NCBI GenBank assembly: GCA_050010655.1
Contig: JBEKKP010000008.1
Location: forward strand, 2,623-66,622
Source: Candidatus Dormibacteria bacterium
Lineage (GTDB): Bacteria > Chloroflexota > Dormibacteria > Aeolococcales > Aeolococcaceae
Length of the DNA: 64,000 nucleotides
Reading direction: 5' to 3'
Below are positions 40,963-50,107 of the stretch, piece by piece. The translations under genes and the position numbers were made by a program. The notes under the pieces were generated by a model. It saw only the letters and a program-made list of their open reading frames with translations, ran no database searches and was not told the origin of the DNA. The first letter of the stretch is position 1, and each line of letters starts with the position of its first letter.

Positions 40963-41301
40963 GTGTCGGTAGACCAGACTCTACGTTGCCGCGATTGCGG
41001 CGTCGACTTCATTTGGACTGAGGGCGAGCAGGACTTTTTTGCCTCTCGTGGCCTCACTAACCCTCCCTCTCGCTGCCCCAGCTGCAGAGCGGCACGGCGC
41101 CAGAGCGGCGGCGGTGGCGGCGGCGGCGGCTTCGGCGGTAGTGGTGGCGGCGGTGGCGGCGGTGGATACCGCAGCAACGGCCCTCGCCAGATGTACGAGG
41201 TCCCCTGTGCTGGGTGTGGCGGCGTCGCGCGCGTCCCGTTCCAGCCTCGTGGTGACAAGCCCGTTTACTGCAGCGACTGCTTCCGCGCCGCGCCGCGGTG
41301 A
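40963..41301 (+). CDS. double zinc-ribbon (zf-trcl-like) protein with poly-Gly linker
   Basis: Two CxxC..CxxC modules (CRDCG..CPSCR; CAGCG..CSDC) separated by a run of ~20 Gly codons; GTG start with GGAGGA RBS. Confidence 0.65.
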   Translation: MSVDQTLRCRDCGVDFIWTEGEQDFFASRGLTNPPSRCPSCRAARRQSGGGGGGGGFGGSGGGGGGGGYRSNGPRQMYEVPCAGCGGVARVPFQPRGDKPVYCSDCFRAAPR

Positions 41302-41567
41302 GTGATGGCGGCCCAATCGCGGTAGGGACGAGGGTCAGCTTTCCTTATGGCGGGAGCCGGCGCACCGGCACCGTCGCTGACGTCTCGATGATTCCCGACC
41401 AGTCGGGCGGCCAGTCGCTTGCATACCTGATCGACGTCGGCTCTCGCAAAGTGTTTGTGCAGGGCGAAGGCATCACCCCGGCCACCGGGCCGGGGGCAGC
41501 CTTCGATCCCGTCGCTGAAGGTGTCGCCTACGGCCGCAAGCGGCCGAGGAACCCGCGCAACCGCTAG
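41298..41567 (+). CDS. small hypothetical protein (DUF2945/Tudor-like pattern)
   Basis: GTGA overlap with the upstream stop; GTRVSFPYGG..GTVADV pattern. Confidence 0.4.
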   Translation: MSDGGPIAVGTRVSFPYGGSRRTGTVADVSMIPDQSGGQSLAYLIDVGSRKVFVQGEGITPATGPGAAFDPVAEGVAYGRKRPRNPRNR

Positions 41568-41654
41568 CAGGCACCCAATCGGCACGGTCCACTCAGACGG
41601 GCCGTCGCCTCCCCGTGACCGCGTGACCACGGCCCGCTGGCTATTCTGTGAGTG

Positions 41655-42368
41655 ATGGCTTCCGATCTCACAGCCGACGCCGGCTCGCAATCGCGCCGGC
41701 CCGCCCGCAGGCCGATCCGGCTCTGGATGGTGCTGCTTGCACTTGGCGTTGCCTCGATTCTCGCCGGTGGCGCACTGATCGCCGGACCGATCATCGGGGT
41801 ATTCCAGCGCGGCGCGGCTGACTCGACCGCCCTCAAGCAATGGAAGAGCGGCGGTGCGCAACCGGCGGTCGTCCCGGCGCCTGCAGCCGCCACCTCACCG
41901 GCATGCGGAGTCAGCTCGGTGACCGACTACGCGCTCGTGAACTTCGGCGCTCCCGCCCAGTACCACTACGCGGCAGTAGCGGGCAACGGTACCTGGGCGC
42001 TCCTGAACTCGCGATCGATGGTCCACTACGCCGGAACGCCGAACCCTGGCCAGGCCGGCAACGTGATCATCGCCTTCCATCGCGAGCCCGATTTCCAGTA
42101 CATCGACGAGCTGAATGTCGGTGACACGATCACGATCCAGAATCGTGCCTGCCAGTCCTTCGTCTACCAGGTCACGAATCGCTGGGATCTGTCTCCGAAC
42201 AAGGTGACCCAGCTCGTGCCCACCGCCGGCCACGAGCTGACGATGATCACCTGCGATCCCTGGTGGCAGGACTACAACCGCCTCGTGTGGCGGGCCGAGT
42301 TGATCTCGGCACCCGCGCCGAGCACACCCGGGACGTCCGGCGGGTCAGTGGCCAACCCCTCCTTCTGA
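41655..42368 (+). CDS. sortase family transpeptidase (class E/F-like)
   Basis: N-terminal TM, His in VIIAFHRE, TLxTC-type catalytic Cys in LTMITCDPW. Confidence 0.75.
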   Translation: MASDLTADAGSQSRRPARRPIRLWMVLLALGVASILAGGALIAGPIIGVFQRGAADSTALKQWKSGGAQPAVVPAPAAATSPACGVSSVTDYALVNFGAPAQYHYAAVAGNGTWALLNSRSMVHYAGTPNPGQAGNVIIAFHREPDFQYIDELNVGDTITIQNRACQSFVYQVTNRWDLSPNKVTQLVPTAGHELTMITCDPWWQDYNRLVWRAELISAPAPSTPGTSGGSVANPSF

Positions 42369-43037
42369 TCCCCCGCGACTCTCGTCCGGAGGGGTGTCGG
42401 CTGCGTAGCCCTCGAGTGGACCTGGGAACGCCGCCTCTGCAGTCGCCTCGAGACGCCTGCCCTGGAACCGGATGAAGATGACGCCGGCGATAATCGCCGC
42501 AACCGCGAGCGCGCCGAATGCGATCTCGACCGGAAGGCTCAGATGCGAGATCTGGCTGCCGAGCTCATACGCTCCAACCCCATAGACGAGCGCCCACGCG
42601 ACCGCTCCCGCAGTGATGGCCAAAAGGAATTTCGGCAATGGCATGCGGTTGGCGCCGGCGAGAAACGCGAGATACGTCCGCAGGATTGACACGAAGCGCC
42701 CGAAGAAGACGACCTTCGTTCCGTAGCGCTTGAAGATGTAGCGGCCCACCTTGACCTGGGGCTCGTTCAGGCGTACGTACTTCCCAAACCGTCGTAGGAG
42801 GGGGTAGCCACCAAACCAGCCGACGCCGTAGCCGATGGAGTTGCCGACGACTGCGCCGATGGCGGCCGCCGCGATGACCCCGGCAATGTTGAGATGCCCT
42901 TCAGCGGCGAACACTGCGGCAGTGATCAGCATGGTCTCGCCCGGAATCGGGACGCCGATACCCTCGATCCCGACGAACAGCGCGACTGCGATGTAGCCGA
43001 GCGTGGAAAGCCAGTGGTCGAGCCCCGAATTGATCAA
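42345..43037 (-). CDS. DedA/VTT-domain membrane protein
   Basis: GIPIPGETMLITAA..RFVSILRTY DedA signature. Confidence 0.75.
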   Translation of the reverse strand: MINSGLDHWLSTLGYIAVALFVGIEGIGVPIPGETMLITAAVFAAEGHLNIAGVIAAAAIGAVVGNSIGYGVGWFGGYPLLRRFGKYVRLNEPQVKVGRYIFKRYGTKVVFFGRFVSILRTYLAFLAGANRMPLPKFLLAITAGAVAWALVYGVGAYELGSQISHLSLPVEIAFGALAVAAIIAGVIFIRFQGRRLEATAEAAFPGPLEGYAADTPPDESRGGSEGGVGH

Positions 43038-43058
43038 CGCAGGCCAGCGTACTTCCGC

Positions 43059-44588
43059 TCAGACGGGCGAAACGGGGTGGTGCCGCGAGACGTCCGCGCG
43101 GCGGCGCGTTCGGTATGCCGCAAAGCGGCGAACCAGCTCCGCGCGCAACTCCGATGGTGGAACCACGGCGTCGACGATGAGCTCCGACGCGAGCCGGAAA
43201 ATATCGATGTCATCGCGGTATTCGTCCTGAAGATTCTTGACGAATTCGGCCCGATCCGCTTCCGGTGTGTCCTGGATCTTGTTGTAGTAGACGGCGTTGA
43301 TCGCCGCCTCCGGTCCCATCACAGCGATTTGCGCGGTGGGGAGCGCCAGTGTGCAATCGGGTTCGAACGCCGGCCCACTCATCGCATACAACCCGGCGCC
43401 GTACGCCTTGCGCAGGATCACCGAGATTCGCGGTACCTGTGCCTGCGCGAGCGCGGAGATCATCTTCGCGCCGTGCCGGATGATGCCCTGGCGCTCGACA
43501 GCAGTCCCGATCATGAATCCGGGGACATCGGCGAGGAAGAGCAACGGGACGTTGAACGCGTCGCAGCACATGATGAATCGCGTCGCCTTGTCTGCCGAGT
43601 CGACGAACAGGACACCGCCTTTGAAGCGAGGCTGCGATGCCAGAACGCCGACGGCATGGCCGTCGATGCGAGCGAAACCGCAGACGATCTCACGAGCGAA
43701 CAGGCGCTTGATCTCGAAGAACGAACCGTCGTCAATGACGCCGCGAACGAACGCCATGACGTCGTATCCCTTCGACGCCTCGGCTGGAATCACATCGGCG
43801 ATGTCCTCAGCTCCCGGCGCGACGTTGCGCGCGTCAACCACGGGCGGTGATTCGCGCCACGACGACGGCAGATAGCCGAGGTAGTTCCGCGCCGCTGCGA
43901 TGCCCTCGTGTTCGTCAGCGACGAGCACGTCACCGCACCCGCTCACGGTGCAGTGCATGCGCGCGCCACCCATCTCCTCGAGAGTCACCTTCTCGCCGAC
44001 GACGACCTCTGCCATGCGCGGCGAACCGAGGTACATCGACGCGTTCCCCTCGACCATGATCACGACGTCGCAGAACGCAGGGATGTACGCACCGCCTGCG
44101 GCGCTCGGCCCGAAGAGCACACACACCTGCGGGACCTGACCGGAAAGCCGAACCTGCATATGGAAGATGTGGCCCGCGTGCCGCCGTCCCGGAAACATCG
44201 CCACCTGTTCCGTGATCCGTGCACCAGCAGAGTCGACGAGGTAGACGAGCGGTATCTGCAGCCGTTCCGCCGTCTCCTGAATCCTGATGATCTTCTCGAC
44301 TGTGCGCGGGCCCCAGGATCCTGCCTTGACGGTGGGATCGTTCGCCATGACGGCACACGTCCGGCCATGCATCGTGCCAATACCGGTGACCACTCCTTCC
44401 GCGGCAAGCTCTGGATCCTCGGAACCGGCGAGCAGTCCGTCCTCGACGAAATCGGTGTCGGGGTCGAACAGGAGCCGGATCCGCTCGCGCGGCATGAGCT
44501 TGTGCTGACCGGCGAGTTTCTCGCGATGCCGCGACGGGCCACCGGCTTGTGCCCGTTGTAGCCGGTCGCGCACCGATTCAGCCAACAC
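43059..44588 (-). CDS. acyl-CoA carboxylase carboxyltransferase beta subunit (methylcrotonyl/propionyl-CoA type)
   Basis: Carboxyltransferase N- and C-domains; GTG start chosen so that overlap with the upstream lyase gene is only 11 nt. Confidence 0.75.
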   Translation of the reverse strand: MLAESVRDRLQRAQAGGPSRHREKLAGQHKLMPRERIRLLFDPDTDFVEDGLLAGSEDPELAAEGVVTGIGTMHGRTCAVMANDPTVKAGSWGPRTVEKIIRIQETAERLQIPLVYLVDSAGARITEQVAMFPGRRHAGHIFHMQVRLSGQVPQVCVLFGPSAAGGAYIPAFCDVVIMVEGNASMYLGSPRMAEVVVGEKVTLEEMGGARMHCTVSGCGDVLVADEHEGIAAARNYLGYLPSSWRESPPVVDARNVAPGAEDIADVIPAEASKGYDVMAFVRGVIDDGSFFEIKRLFAREIVCGFARIDGHAVGVLASQPRFKGGVLFVDSADKATRFIMCCDAFNVPLLFLADVPGFMIGTAVERQGIIRHGAKMISALAQAQVPRISVILRKAYGAGLYAMSGPAFEPDCTLALPTAQIAVMGPEAAINAVYYNKIQDTPEADRAEFVKNLQDEYRDDIDIFRLASELIVDAVVPPSELRAELVRRFAAYRTRRRADVSRHHPVSPV

Positions 44589-45501
44589 TCGTCTCCACGG
44601 CTTCTTGAGGAGCGCCACTCCAGATGCCGGCACGGTAGAGCTTGCCCGGAAGGTCCCGGCGCAGATCGGATGCCAGCGTCTCCGCGACCTTGCAGAGCGC
44701 AGCGACATCGATCCCCGTCTGCGCGCCGAGTGCGTGCAGTGCCTGTAACGCGTCCTCGGTGCACACATTACCGGTGGAGCGTGGTGCGAACGGACAGCCG
44801 CCAACGCCGCCAACCGATCCATCGAAACGGCGAACGCCAGCATTGAAGGCTGCGATCACGTTCGCGACACCGAGTCCGCGCGTGTCATGCACGTGCAGCG
44901 AAAGCCGATCGACAGGCACGGCGCCGGAAAGAAGCGCACACATCGCGGTGACATCAACAGGCGTTGCGACGCCGATTGTGTCGGCGACACCAATCTCCGC
45001 CACACCGCGTGTCGCGAGGTCCGCGCAGAGGTCGACGACACGGGTGGGAGCGACCCGTCCCTCGAACGGACAACCGAACGCCACCGAGACGGCGACGTCG
45101 ACTATGCAGTCGCGTTCACCGGCCAGCTCGATGATGTTCGAGATCTCGTCGAGCGATTCATCGACCGTGCGATTGACATTGCGCTTGTTGAACGAGTCGG
45201 TTGCGCCAATGGTGACCAGCACGTTGCGCACGCCATACGCGAGCGCAAGCTCGAGACCGCGGAGATTCGGGATGAGCACGCGAATTCGCTCGAGGTGATG
45301 CTCAAGCCCGGCAAGCACGGCCGGTGCATCAGCGAGTTGCGGCACCCATGTTGCGGAGACGAACGACGTTGCCTCGACACGCGGAACACCTGCGTCGAGC
45401 AGCCCGTGCACGAGCCGGATCTTCGCCTCGGTGCTGATGGTGTCGTCGATGCTCTGGAGCCCATCTCGGGGGGCGACGTCGGTCCAGACCACCTCGTTCA
45501 C
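44578..45501 (-). CDS. hydroxymethylglutaryl-CoA lyase
   Basis: RDGLQ motif and HMGL-like TIM barrel; metal-ligand histidine region (HVHDTRG). Confidence 0.8.
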   Translation of the reverse strand: MNEVVWTDVAPRDGLQSIDDTISTEAKIRLVHGLLDAGVPRVEATSFVSATWVPQLADAPAVLAGLEHHLERIRVLIPNLRGLELALAYGVRNVLVTIGATDSFNKRNVNRTVDESLDEISNIIELAGERDCIVDVAVSVAFGCPFEGRVAPTRVVDLCADLATRGVAEIGVADTIGVATPVDVTAMCALLSGAVPVDRLSLHVHDTRGLGVANVIAAFNAGVRRFDGSVGGVGGCPFAPRSTGNVCTEDALQALHALGAQTGIDVAALCKVAETLASDLRRDLPGKLYRAGIWSGAPQEAVETSVG

Positions 45502-45565
45502 GCGGTATGCCTCCCAGGGATGGACGTTGCCCCGTCACCGTAGCAAACCCGAGGGCTACACTCCC

Positions 45566-46252
45566 GTTCAGCCGATGCCGCGGTTTCGCGTTCCCGACTA
45601 CATTCGAACCACCTTCGCGGTCAGCGATTGGCGCGCTTTCCGCTTGTGCGGCATGGATGAGGTCGGGCGCGGCGCATATGCGGGGCCGCTCGTGGCTGCG
45701 GCGGTAGTGCTGCCGCAGCGCTTTCGCCACCCGTTGCTCCGAGACAGCAAACTGCTCAGCGCAAAACAGCGCGAGCTGGTGGGGGCGGTGATCCGCGAGC
45801 GTTCCGTGGCCTGGGCCGTCGCCGAGGTGAGCGTTGACGACATCAACGCTCGCGGCCTCGGATGGGCGAACGTCGAGATCTTTCGGAGGCTCGTCGACGC
45901 TGTGGACGCAGATGGCTACTGCTGTGACGGCAACTTGCGCATCCCGGTGTCACGCCCGCTGCACTCACTTGTCAAAGGCGACAACAAAGTCCCGGCCGTC
46001 TCGGCGGCGTCGATCATCGCCAAGGTCCACCGCGATGCCCTGATGACCCGCATGCACGAGGAGGCGCCGCATTACAACTGGGCGAGCAACAAAGGCTATG
46101 GCGCCCCGGAGCACCGCGCGGCCATCCGGGAGCACGGACCCCACCCCGCGCACCGGCGCGTGTTCCTGGCCTCAGTGCTCCAGACGGAACTCGATCTGAC
46201 TGGAACCGCCGTGCAACCGGCTGTGGTGGCCTCCGTGGCTGGACCTGGCTGA
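45566..46252 (+). CDS. rnhB: ribonuclease HII
   Basis: GMDEVGRGAYAGPLVAAAVVL catalytic motif; the internal ATG gives a 228 aa protein. Confidence 0.8.
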   Translation, partial: VQPMPRFRVPDYIRTTFAVSDWRAFRLCGMDEVGRGAYAGPLVAAAVVLPQRFRHPLLRDSKLLSAKQRELVGAVIRERSVAWAVAEVSVDDINARGLGWANVEIFRRLVDAVDADGYCCDGNLRIPVSRPLHSLVKGDNKVPAVSAASIIAKVHRDALMTRMHEEAPHYNWASNKGYGAPEHRAAIREHGPHPAHRRVFLASVLQTELDLTGTAVQPAVVASVAGPG

Positions 46253-46259
46253 CCCCCGG

Positions 46260-46490
46260 TCAGTTGGAGCAGCCGCAGCTTCCCCCGCAGCAACCACCGC
46301 CGCCACCACCACTCATGGATGGCGACTCGTCCGATCCGGAGCCGGCGACGACCGCCACGCGGCTGATCAGCGGCATGCTGGCCCGGCTCTCGCAGCTCGG
46401 GCAGACGGCGGCAACTTCGCGATCGGCCATCGGACGGAGCAGCTCGAACACGGCCGAGCAGTCGTTGCAGCGATATTCGTAGAGAGGCAT
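46260..46490 (-). CDS. FmdB-family zinc-ribbon protein
   Basis: MPLYEYRCNDCS..CPSCES plus a Cys/Gly-rich C-terminal tail. Confidence 0.65.
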   Translation of the reverse strand: MPLYEYRCNDCSAVFELLRPMADREVAAVCPSCESRASMPLISRVAVVAGSGSDESPSMSGGGGGGCCGGSCGCSN

Positions 46491-46497
46491 TGGCGCA

Positions 46498-46527
46498 AGC
46501 GTACGCACGATCGCCTTGATTTGACAA
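46498..46527 (-). promoter_or_regulatory. divergent promoter TTGTCA-18-TACGCT for the FmdB-like gene (leaderless)
   Basis: Its -35 overlaps the plus-strand -35 (palindromic TTGACAA/TTGTCAA); -10 lies 7 nt from the ATG at 46490. Confidence 0.4.
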
Positions 46528-46550
46528 GTCGAACATCTGTTCGGTAGACT
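46521..46550 (+). promoter_or_regulatory. sigma70-like promoter TTGACA-18-TAGACT giving a leaderless transcript for ORF 46557
   Basis: -35 at 46521-46526, -10 at 46545-46550; predicted TSS coincides with the ATG at 46557. Confidence 0.5.
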
Positions 46551-46556
46551 CTCGGT

Positions 46557-46871
46557 ATGCCCATCCGCACCATCGAGCTTCAGCTCCCGCTTGACGCCGA
46601 TGAGGCAGGCTCGCTCGCCCGGCGCCGGGTCAGCCACCTCGCGGCTGTGGACGGCCTCGAGCCCGCGGCGTTCGTGAAGCTGATCCGCTCCTTCCCATCC
46701 TTGCGGTCGATCTACACCGCATCCGAGCCCGAACTGGCACGGCTGGTGGGCCCGGTAGCGGCGGCGCGCATCCGCTGGTTCCTTGACGCGCCACTCGACA
46801 CGGGCCTCGCCCGCGAGGCCGCTCCAATTTCGCTGCGAGACATCGCTCCGCCCCTGTCGTCTGCCGCCTGA
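46557..46871 (+). CDS. small hypothetical protein with helix-hairpin-helix-like motif
   Basis: TASEPELARLVGPVAAARI resembles a ComEA-type HhH; canonical promoter places the TSS at the ATG (leaderless). Confidence 0.4.
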   Translation: MPIRTIELQLPLDADEAGSLARRRVSHLAAVDGLEPAAFVKLIRSFPSLRSIYTASEPELARLVGPVAAARIRWFLDAPLDTGLAREAAPISLRDIAPPLSSAA

Positions 46872-47026
46872 TCGCTGTCATCTTCTGCCGGATGGCTGTC
46901 GCGGCGACGCGTGCGGAGCGTTGAAACGTGCAACACACGTAGAATCAATGTTCGAATCAATTCTATTGGTGCCAGTTCGATTGTTTGGCGCCATGGGTGG
47001 CAGATGAGAACGGAGGTTGTTGCAGC

Positions 47027-47686
47027 ATGCGGAGTCGACGTTCCAGAGCCGCCGTGCTTGACCGGGGCCGCGCGGCCGATACGATCAGTGATCTCGCCGA
47101 TCACGCCGTGACGCTCGCCCGCGGAGCGGGAAGTGCAGCGCTCCCCACAGTGCAGCGCGGCGCGGAAGGCTTGAGCCAGGTATTCCAGACCGCCGCCGGG
47201 ACGCTGGCGGAGACCGCCGAGCATCTTGCCGGCGACCCCAGGGTCGAGGCAGCGAGCAACGCAGCACGAGTGCGGATCGCAGACGTCTCGGACAAGCTGA
47301 GCACCGCAATCCGCCCCAAGAAGAAGACACACCGAGTGCGCAATCTGCTGATCGGCGCGGCTGTCATCGGCGGCGTGTTCGCACTTGTTCAATCGCCGCT
47401 TCGCGGCAAGATTCAGGAGCGGCTCTTCGGACCCGCGCCGTCGGACGACGACGACCTTCCGCAGATCACCTTGCCTGACGACGATCCCCATGCCGAGGAT
47501 CCCCACGTCGAGATCACCGACCTGACGAGAGCGACCAAGTCCGCCCCGGAAGCCGCCAAGCCCGATACCGATCCGGCAGCGGATGTGGTCGGCACCCCTG
47601 TGGTCGCAGAGTCCGCGCCGCGTGGCGGCCGGAACCATGGCCATTCCAACGACGAACCTAGCGACAACCAGGAGACCAATGCCTGA
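47027..47686 (+). CDS. hypothetical membrane-anchored protein
   Basis: GGAGG RBS 8 nt upstream of the ATG; single TM helix (NLLIGAAVIGGVFALV); acidic C-terminus. Confidence 0.5.
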   Translation: MRSRRSRAAVLDRGRAADTISDLADHAVTLARGAGSAALPTVQRGAEGLSQVFQTAAGTLAETAEHLAGDPRVEAASNAARVRIADVSDKLSTAIRPKKKTHRVRNLLIGAAVIGGVFALVQSPLRGKIQERLFGPAPSDDDDLPQITLPDDDPHAEDPHVEITDLTRATKSAPEAAKPDTDPAADVVGTPVVAESAPRGGRNHGHSNDEPSDNQETNA

Positions 47687-48320
47687 CGACCGCCCCTATC
47701 AGGGACGCCCTTCTTCGGACCGTCCCTCGTTTAACGGACCCCGCCAGTTCTCGGGTCCGCGCCCCAGCTTCAACAACAACGATTCCCGGCCCCAGTTCAA
47801 CAACGACTCACGACCGCCATTCCGTCCGGCCCCTCGCGTCGAGGTTCCGGCGGCACCGATGTCGCACTCGCTGCGCCTGCGCGACGGCGAACGCGAGATC
47901 GAAGTCAGCGGCTCGGCAGCGTTTGTTCGCCAGGTCCTGGACGATCTCCCCGCGATGTGGGGGCGCCTTCACGGCGAAGGCTCGACACGCCCTGCCCGCA
48001 TCGATCTCCCAGCTCGGAGTGAAGCGGTAGCCGCGGCTGCCGAGCCGGCGAATCACCATGCGCCCGAGGACGACGCGGCGGCCCCCGTGAAGGCGGCTGC
48101 TCCGGCAGCGGCCGCGTCGAACGGCAAGACGACTCGCAGCACTCCGGATGACAAGGTGCTCGCCGTCCTCAAGGAGTCCACACGGCCTCTTGCGGTTGCG
48201 GCGATCCGCAAGCGCCTTGGTGGCAGCTTCACCCCGCAGCAGGTTCGCCGGATCCTCGAGCGCAACGCTCCGAAGGTCTCGGTCACCGACGAGCGCCCCG
48301 CCACTTACCGCCTGCGGTAG
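47679..48320 (+). CDS. hypothetical protein, Pro/Asn-rich N-terminus and structured C-terminal domain
   Basis: ATG overlaps the upstream stop; GGAGA RBS. Confidence 0.45.
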   Translation: MPDDRPYQGRPSSDRPSFNGPRQFSGPRPSFNNNDSRPQFNNDSRPPFRPAPRVEVPAAPMSHSLRLRDGEREIEVSGSAAFVRQVLDDLPAMWGRLHGEGSTRPARIDLPARSEAVAAAAEPANHHAPEDDAAAPVKAAAPAAAASNGKTTRSTPDDKVLAVLKESTRPLAVAAIRKRLGGSFTPQQVRRILERNAPKVSVTDERPATYRLR

Positions 48321-48355
48321 TGGCTGGCAGGCGTGAGCCTGCATAGCCGGCAGTC

Positions 48356-48395
48356 GAGGTGGGCAGTCAGCTCCCGCTCATAATGAGGTGGGCAG
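48356..48395 (+). promoter_or_regulatory. 11-bp direct repeat GAGGTGGGCAG x2 flanking a CATAAT -10-like element upstream of the lipoprotein/kdpE operon
   Basis: Repeats at 48356-48366 and 48385-48395; CATAAT at 48379-48384. Confidence 0.3.
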
Positions 48396-48406
48396 GGAAC
48401 TGAACT

Positions 48407-48868
48407 ATGCGACGTCCATTCCTCGTCCTCCTGACCGCGGTGCTGCTGGGCATGACCGCCTGCTCATCGTCCACCGGCGACCCGACGGCCTCGGGGACGC
48501 CCGCGGCAACGCCCTATCCGACGCCAATCGGCGGCCTTGGCCATCGTCCTTCGTCGCCCGTGAAGATCACCCTGCTCTCGCCAACCAGCGGTGAGGTCGT
48601 GCACGGCACCTCTGTGCTCGTCAAGGTGTCCATCGTCGGCGGCATCATCACACCGACCACCAGCTCGATCATCTCGCCCACCAAGGGTCACGTGCATCTG
48701 TACATCAACAACCAGCTGATGCTCATGCAGTACTCGTTGTCGGAGACGATCACCGTCAAACCCGGCGTCGAGTACGCCATGTATGCGGAGTACGTCGCCC
48801 AGGACCATTTCCCGTTCAGTCCACGGGACGTCACACCGACGATCTACTTCACCGTCGCGCCCAGCTGA
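48407..48868 (+). CDS. secreted lipoprotein, beta-rich (Ig-like/DUF4399-like) domain
   Basis: Signal peptide plus Cys; the mature domain is paralogous to the next ORF. Confidence 0.5.
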   Translation: MRRPFLVLLTAVLLGMTACSSSTGDPTASGTPAATPYPTPIGGLGHRPSSPVKITLLSPTSGEVVHGTSVLVKVSIVGGIITPTTSSIISPTKGHVHLYINNQLMLMQYSLSETITVKPGVEYAMYAEYVAQDHFPFSPRDVTPTIYFTVAPS

Positions 48869-48879
48869 CCGAGGCGCCG

Positions 48880-49395
48880 ATGATCGCGCACATCGTCAGC
48901 AGCCTCCCACTGCCCCTGCAGTGGGGACTGGCGTTGCTGATCTTCGGCGGCGCGCTTGTGGTCTTCGCGGTTCGAAGGAGCGCATACCGGCTCGCCGGAG
49001 GGATCGCGGCGCTCTGCGGCGCAGGGGGGCTGATCGCCAGCTGGATATTGAGCCCCGCGCTGCTGGTGGCTGCACCGTACGCTGTGCGCATCGTGTCACC
49101 CACACCTGGGGCGTCCGTCGGCGCGCCGCTGATCCTGACCGTGTGCGGCGTGCAGGCAAACGGTGCGTTGGTTCCCGCAACGTCTGCGCAGTACTACCTC
49201 GCCATCATCCTTGACGGCCTTCAGGCGCCCACGGTCGACGTCTGGCACGTCCCGGTCGATCTCGCACCGGGCCGGCACACCGTCGAGGTGGAGCTCGTGT
49301 CCCCGAGCCACCAGGCCTTCAACCCACCCGCGACCTTCAAGGAGACGATAACGGTGGTCCCGGATGCCACCGCGATCGGCCCCGGCACCTGTTGA
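48880..49395 (+). CDS. membrane-anchored paralogue of the upstream lipoprotein
   Basis: N-terminal TM helices followed by a domain alignable with ORF 48407; the stop overlaps the kdpE start (TTGA). Confidence 0.5.
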   Translation: MIAHIVSSLPLPLQWGLALLIFGGALVVFAVRRSAYRLAGGIAALCGAGGLIASWILSPALLVAAPYAVRIVSPTPGASVGAPLILTVCGVQANGALVPATSAQYYLAIILDGLQAPTVDVWHVPVDLAPGRHTVEVELVSPSHQAFNPPATFKETITVVPDATAIGPGTC

Positions 49396-50093
49396 CCGAC
49401 GAGCGACACGCTCACATCCTGGTCGTCGAGGACGACACGGCCCTTCGCGAAATCCTCGCCGGCGCGCTGCATTCCGCCGGCTACGAGACATCGCTTGCCG
49501 CACACGGCATCACCGCGTCGCAGATGCTTCGTGAACCGGGCACCATCGATATCGTCCTGCTCGACATCGGCCTCCCCTTCGTCGACGGCTGGCAGATTCT
49601 CGAGCAGATGGACAACCGCCGGCGCCCGGCGGTCATCGTCATCAGTGCGCGCGGCGAGGAGACGGACAAGGTGCGCGCGCTGGATCTCGGCGCGGACGAC
49701 TACCTCGCCAAACCCTTTGGTGCCGACGAGTTGCTCGCGCGAGTGCGCGCGGTCCTGCGTCGCGTCAGGCCGCCGGCCGGAGCCGGCGGAGTCGTGATCC
49801 AAGGCGGCGTTCGCGTCGACCTCGGCGCGCGCTCGGTGACTCGTGACGGCCATGAGGTACGCCTCTCTCCGACCGAGTGGCTGCTTCTCGCCGAGCTGGC
49901 GCGCAATGCCGGCGTGACGCTTGATCATCGGACCCTGCTCCAGCATGTCTGGGGGCCGCAGTACGCCGATGAGCGCAACTACCTGCGAACGTTTGCGCAG
50001 CGCCTGCGCGTCAAGCTGGAACGCGATCCCGCGCACCCGGCAGTTGTGGTGACGGTAGGTCGGCAGGGGTACCGATTCGGGCCGCCTCGTTAA
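49392..50093 (+). CDS. kdpE: OmpR-family response regulator, KdpE-like
   Basis: Receiver domain (VVEDD..LLDIGLP..K) followed by a winged-helix domain. Confidence 0.8.
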   Translation: MTDERHAHILVVEDDTALREILAGALHSAGYETSLAAHGITASQMLREPGTIDIVLLDIGLPFVDGWQILEQMDNRRRPAVIVISARGEETDKVRALDLGADDYLAKPFGADELLARVRAVLRRVRPPAGAGGVVIQGGVRVDLGARSVTRDGHEVRLSPTEWLLLAELARNAGVTLDHRTLLQHVWGPQYADERNYLRTFAQRLRVKLERDPAHPAVVVTVGRQGYRFGPPR

Positions 50094-50107
50094 CGCTCCG
50101 TTGACCC

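Noticed and set aside
41107-41167. GGC/GGT-rich simple repeat
   Set aside because: Not a CRISPR or non-coding repeat. It encodes the poly-Gly linker of the double zinc-ribbon protein.
46940-46978. tRNA-like T-loop (GTTCGAATC) followed 16 nt later by ..TGGTGCCA
   Set aside because: The T-stem would pair at only 3 of 5 positions, and no acceptor-stem complement or anticodon arm exists upstream. The segment is an AT-rich promoter region carrying a TAGAAT -10 element.
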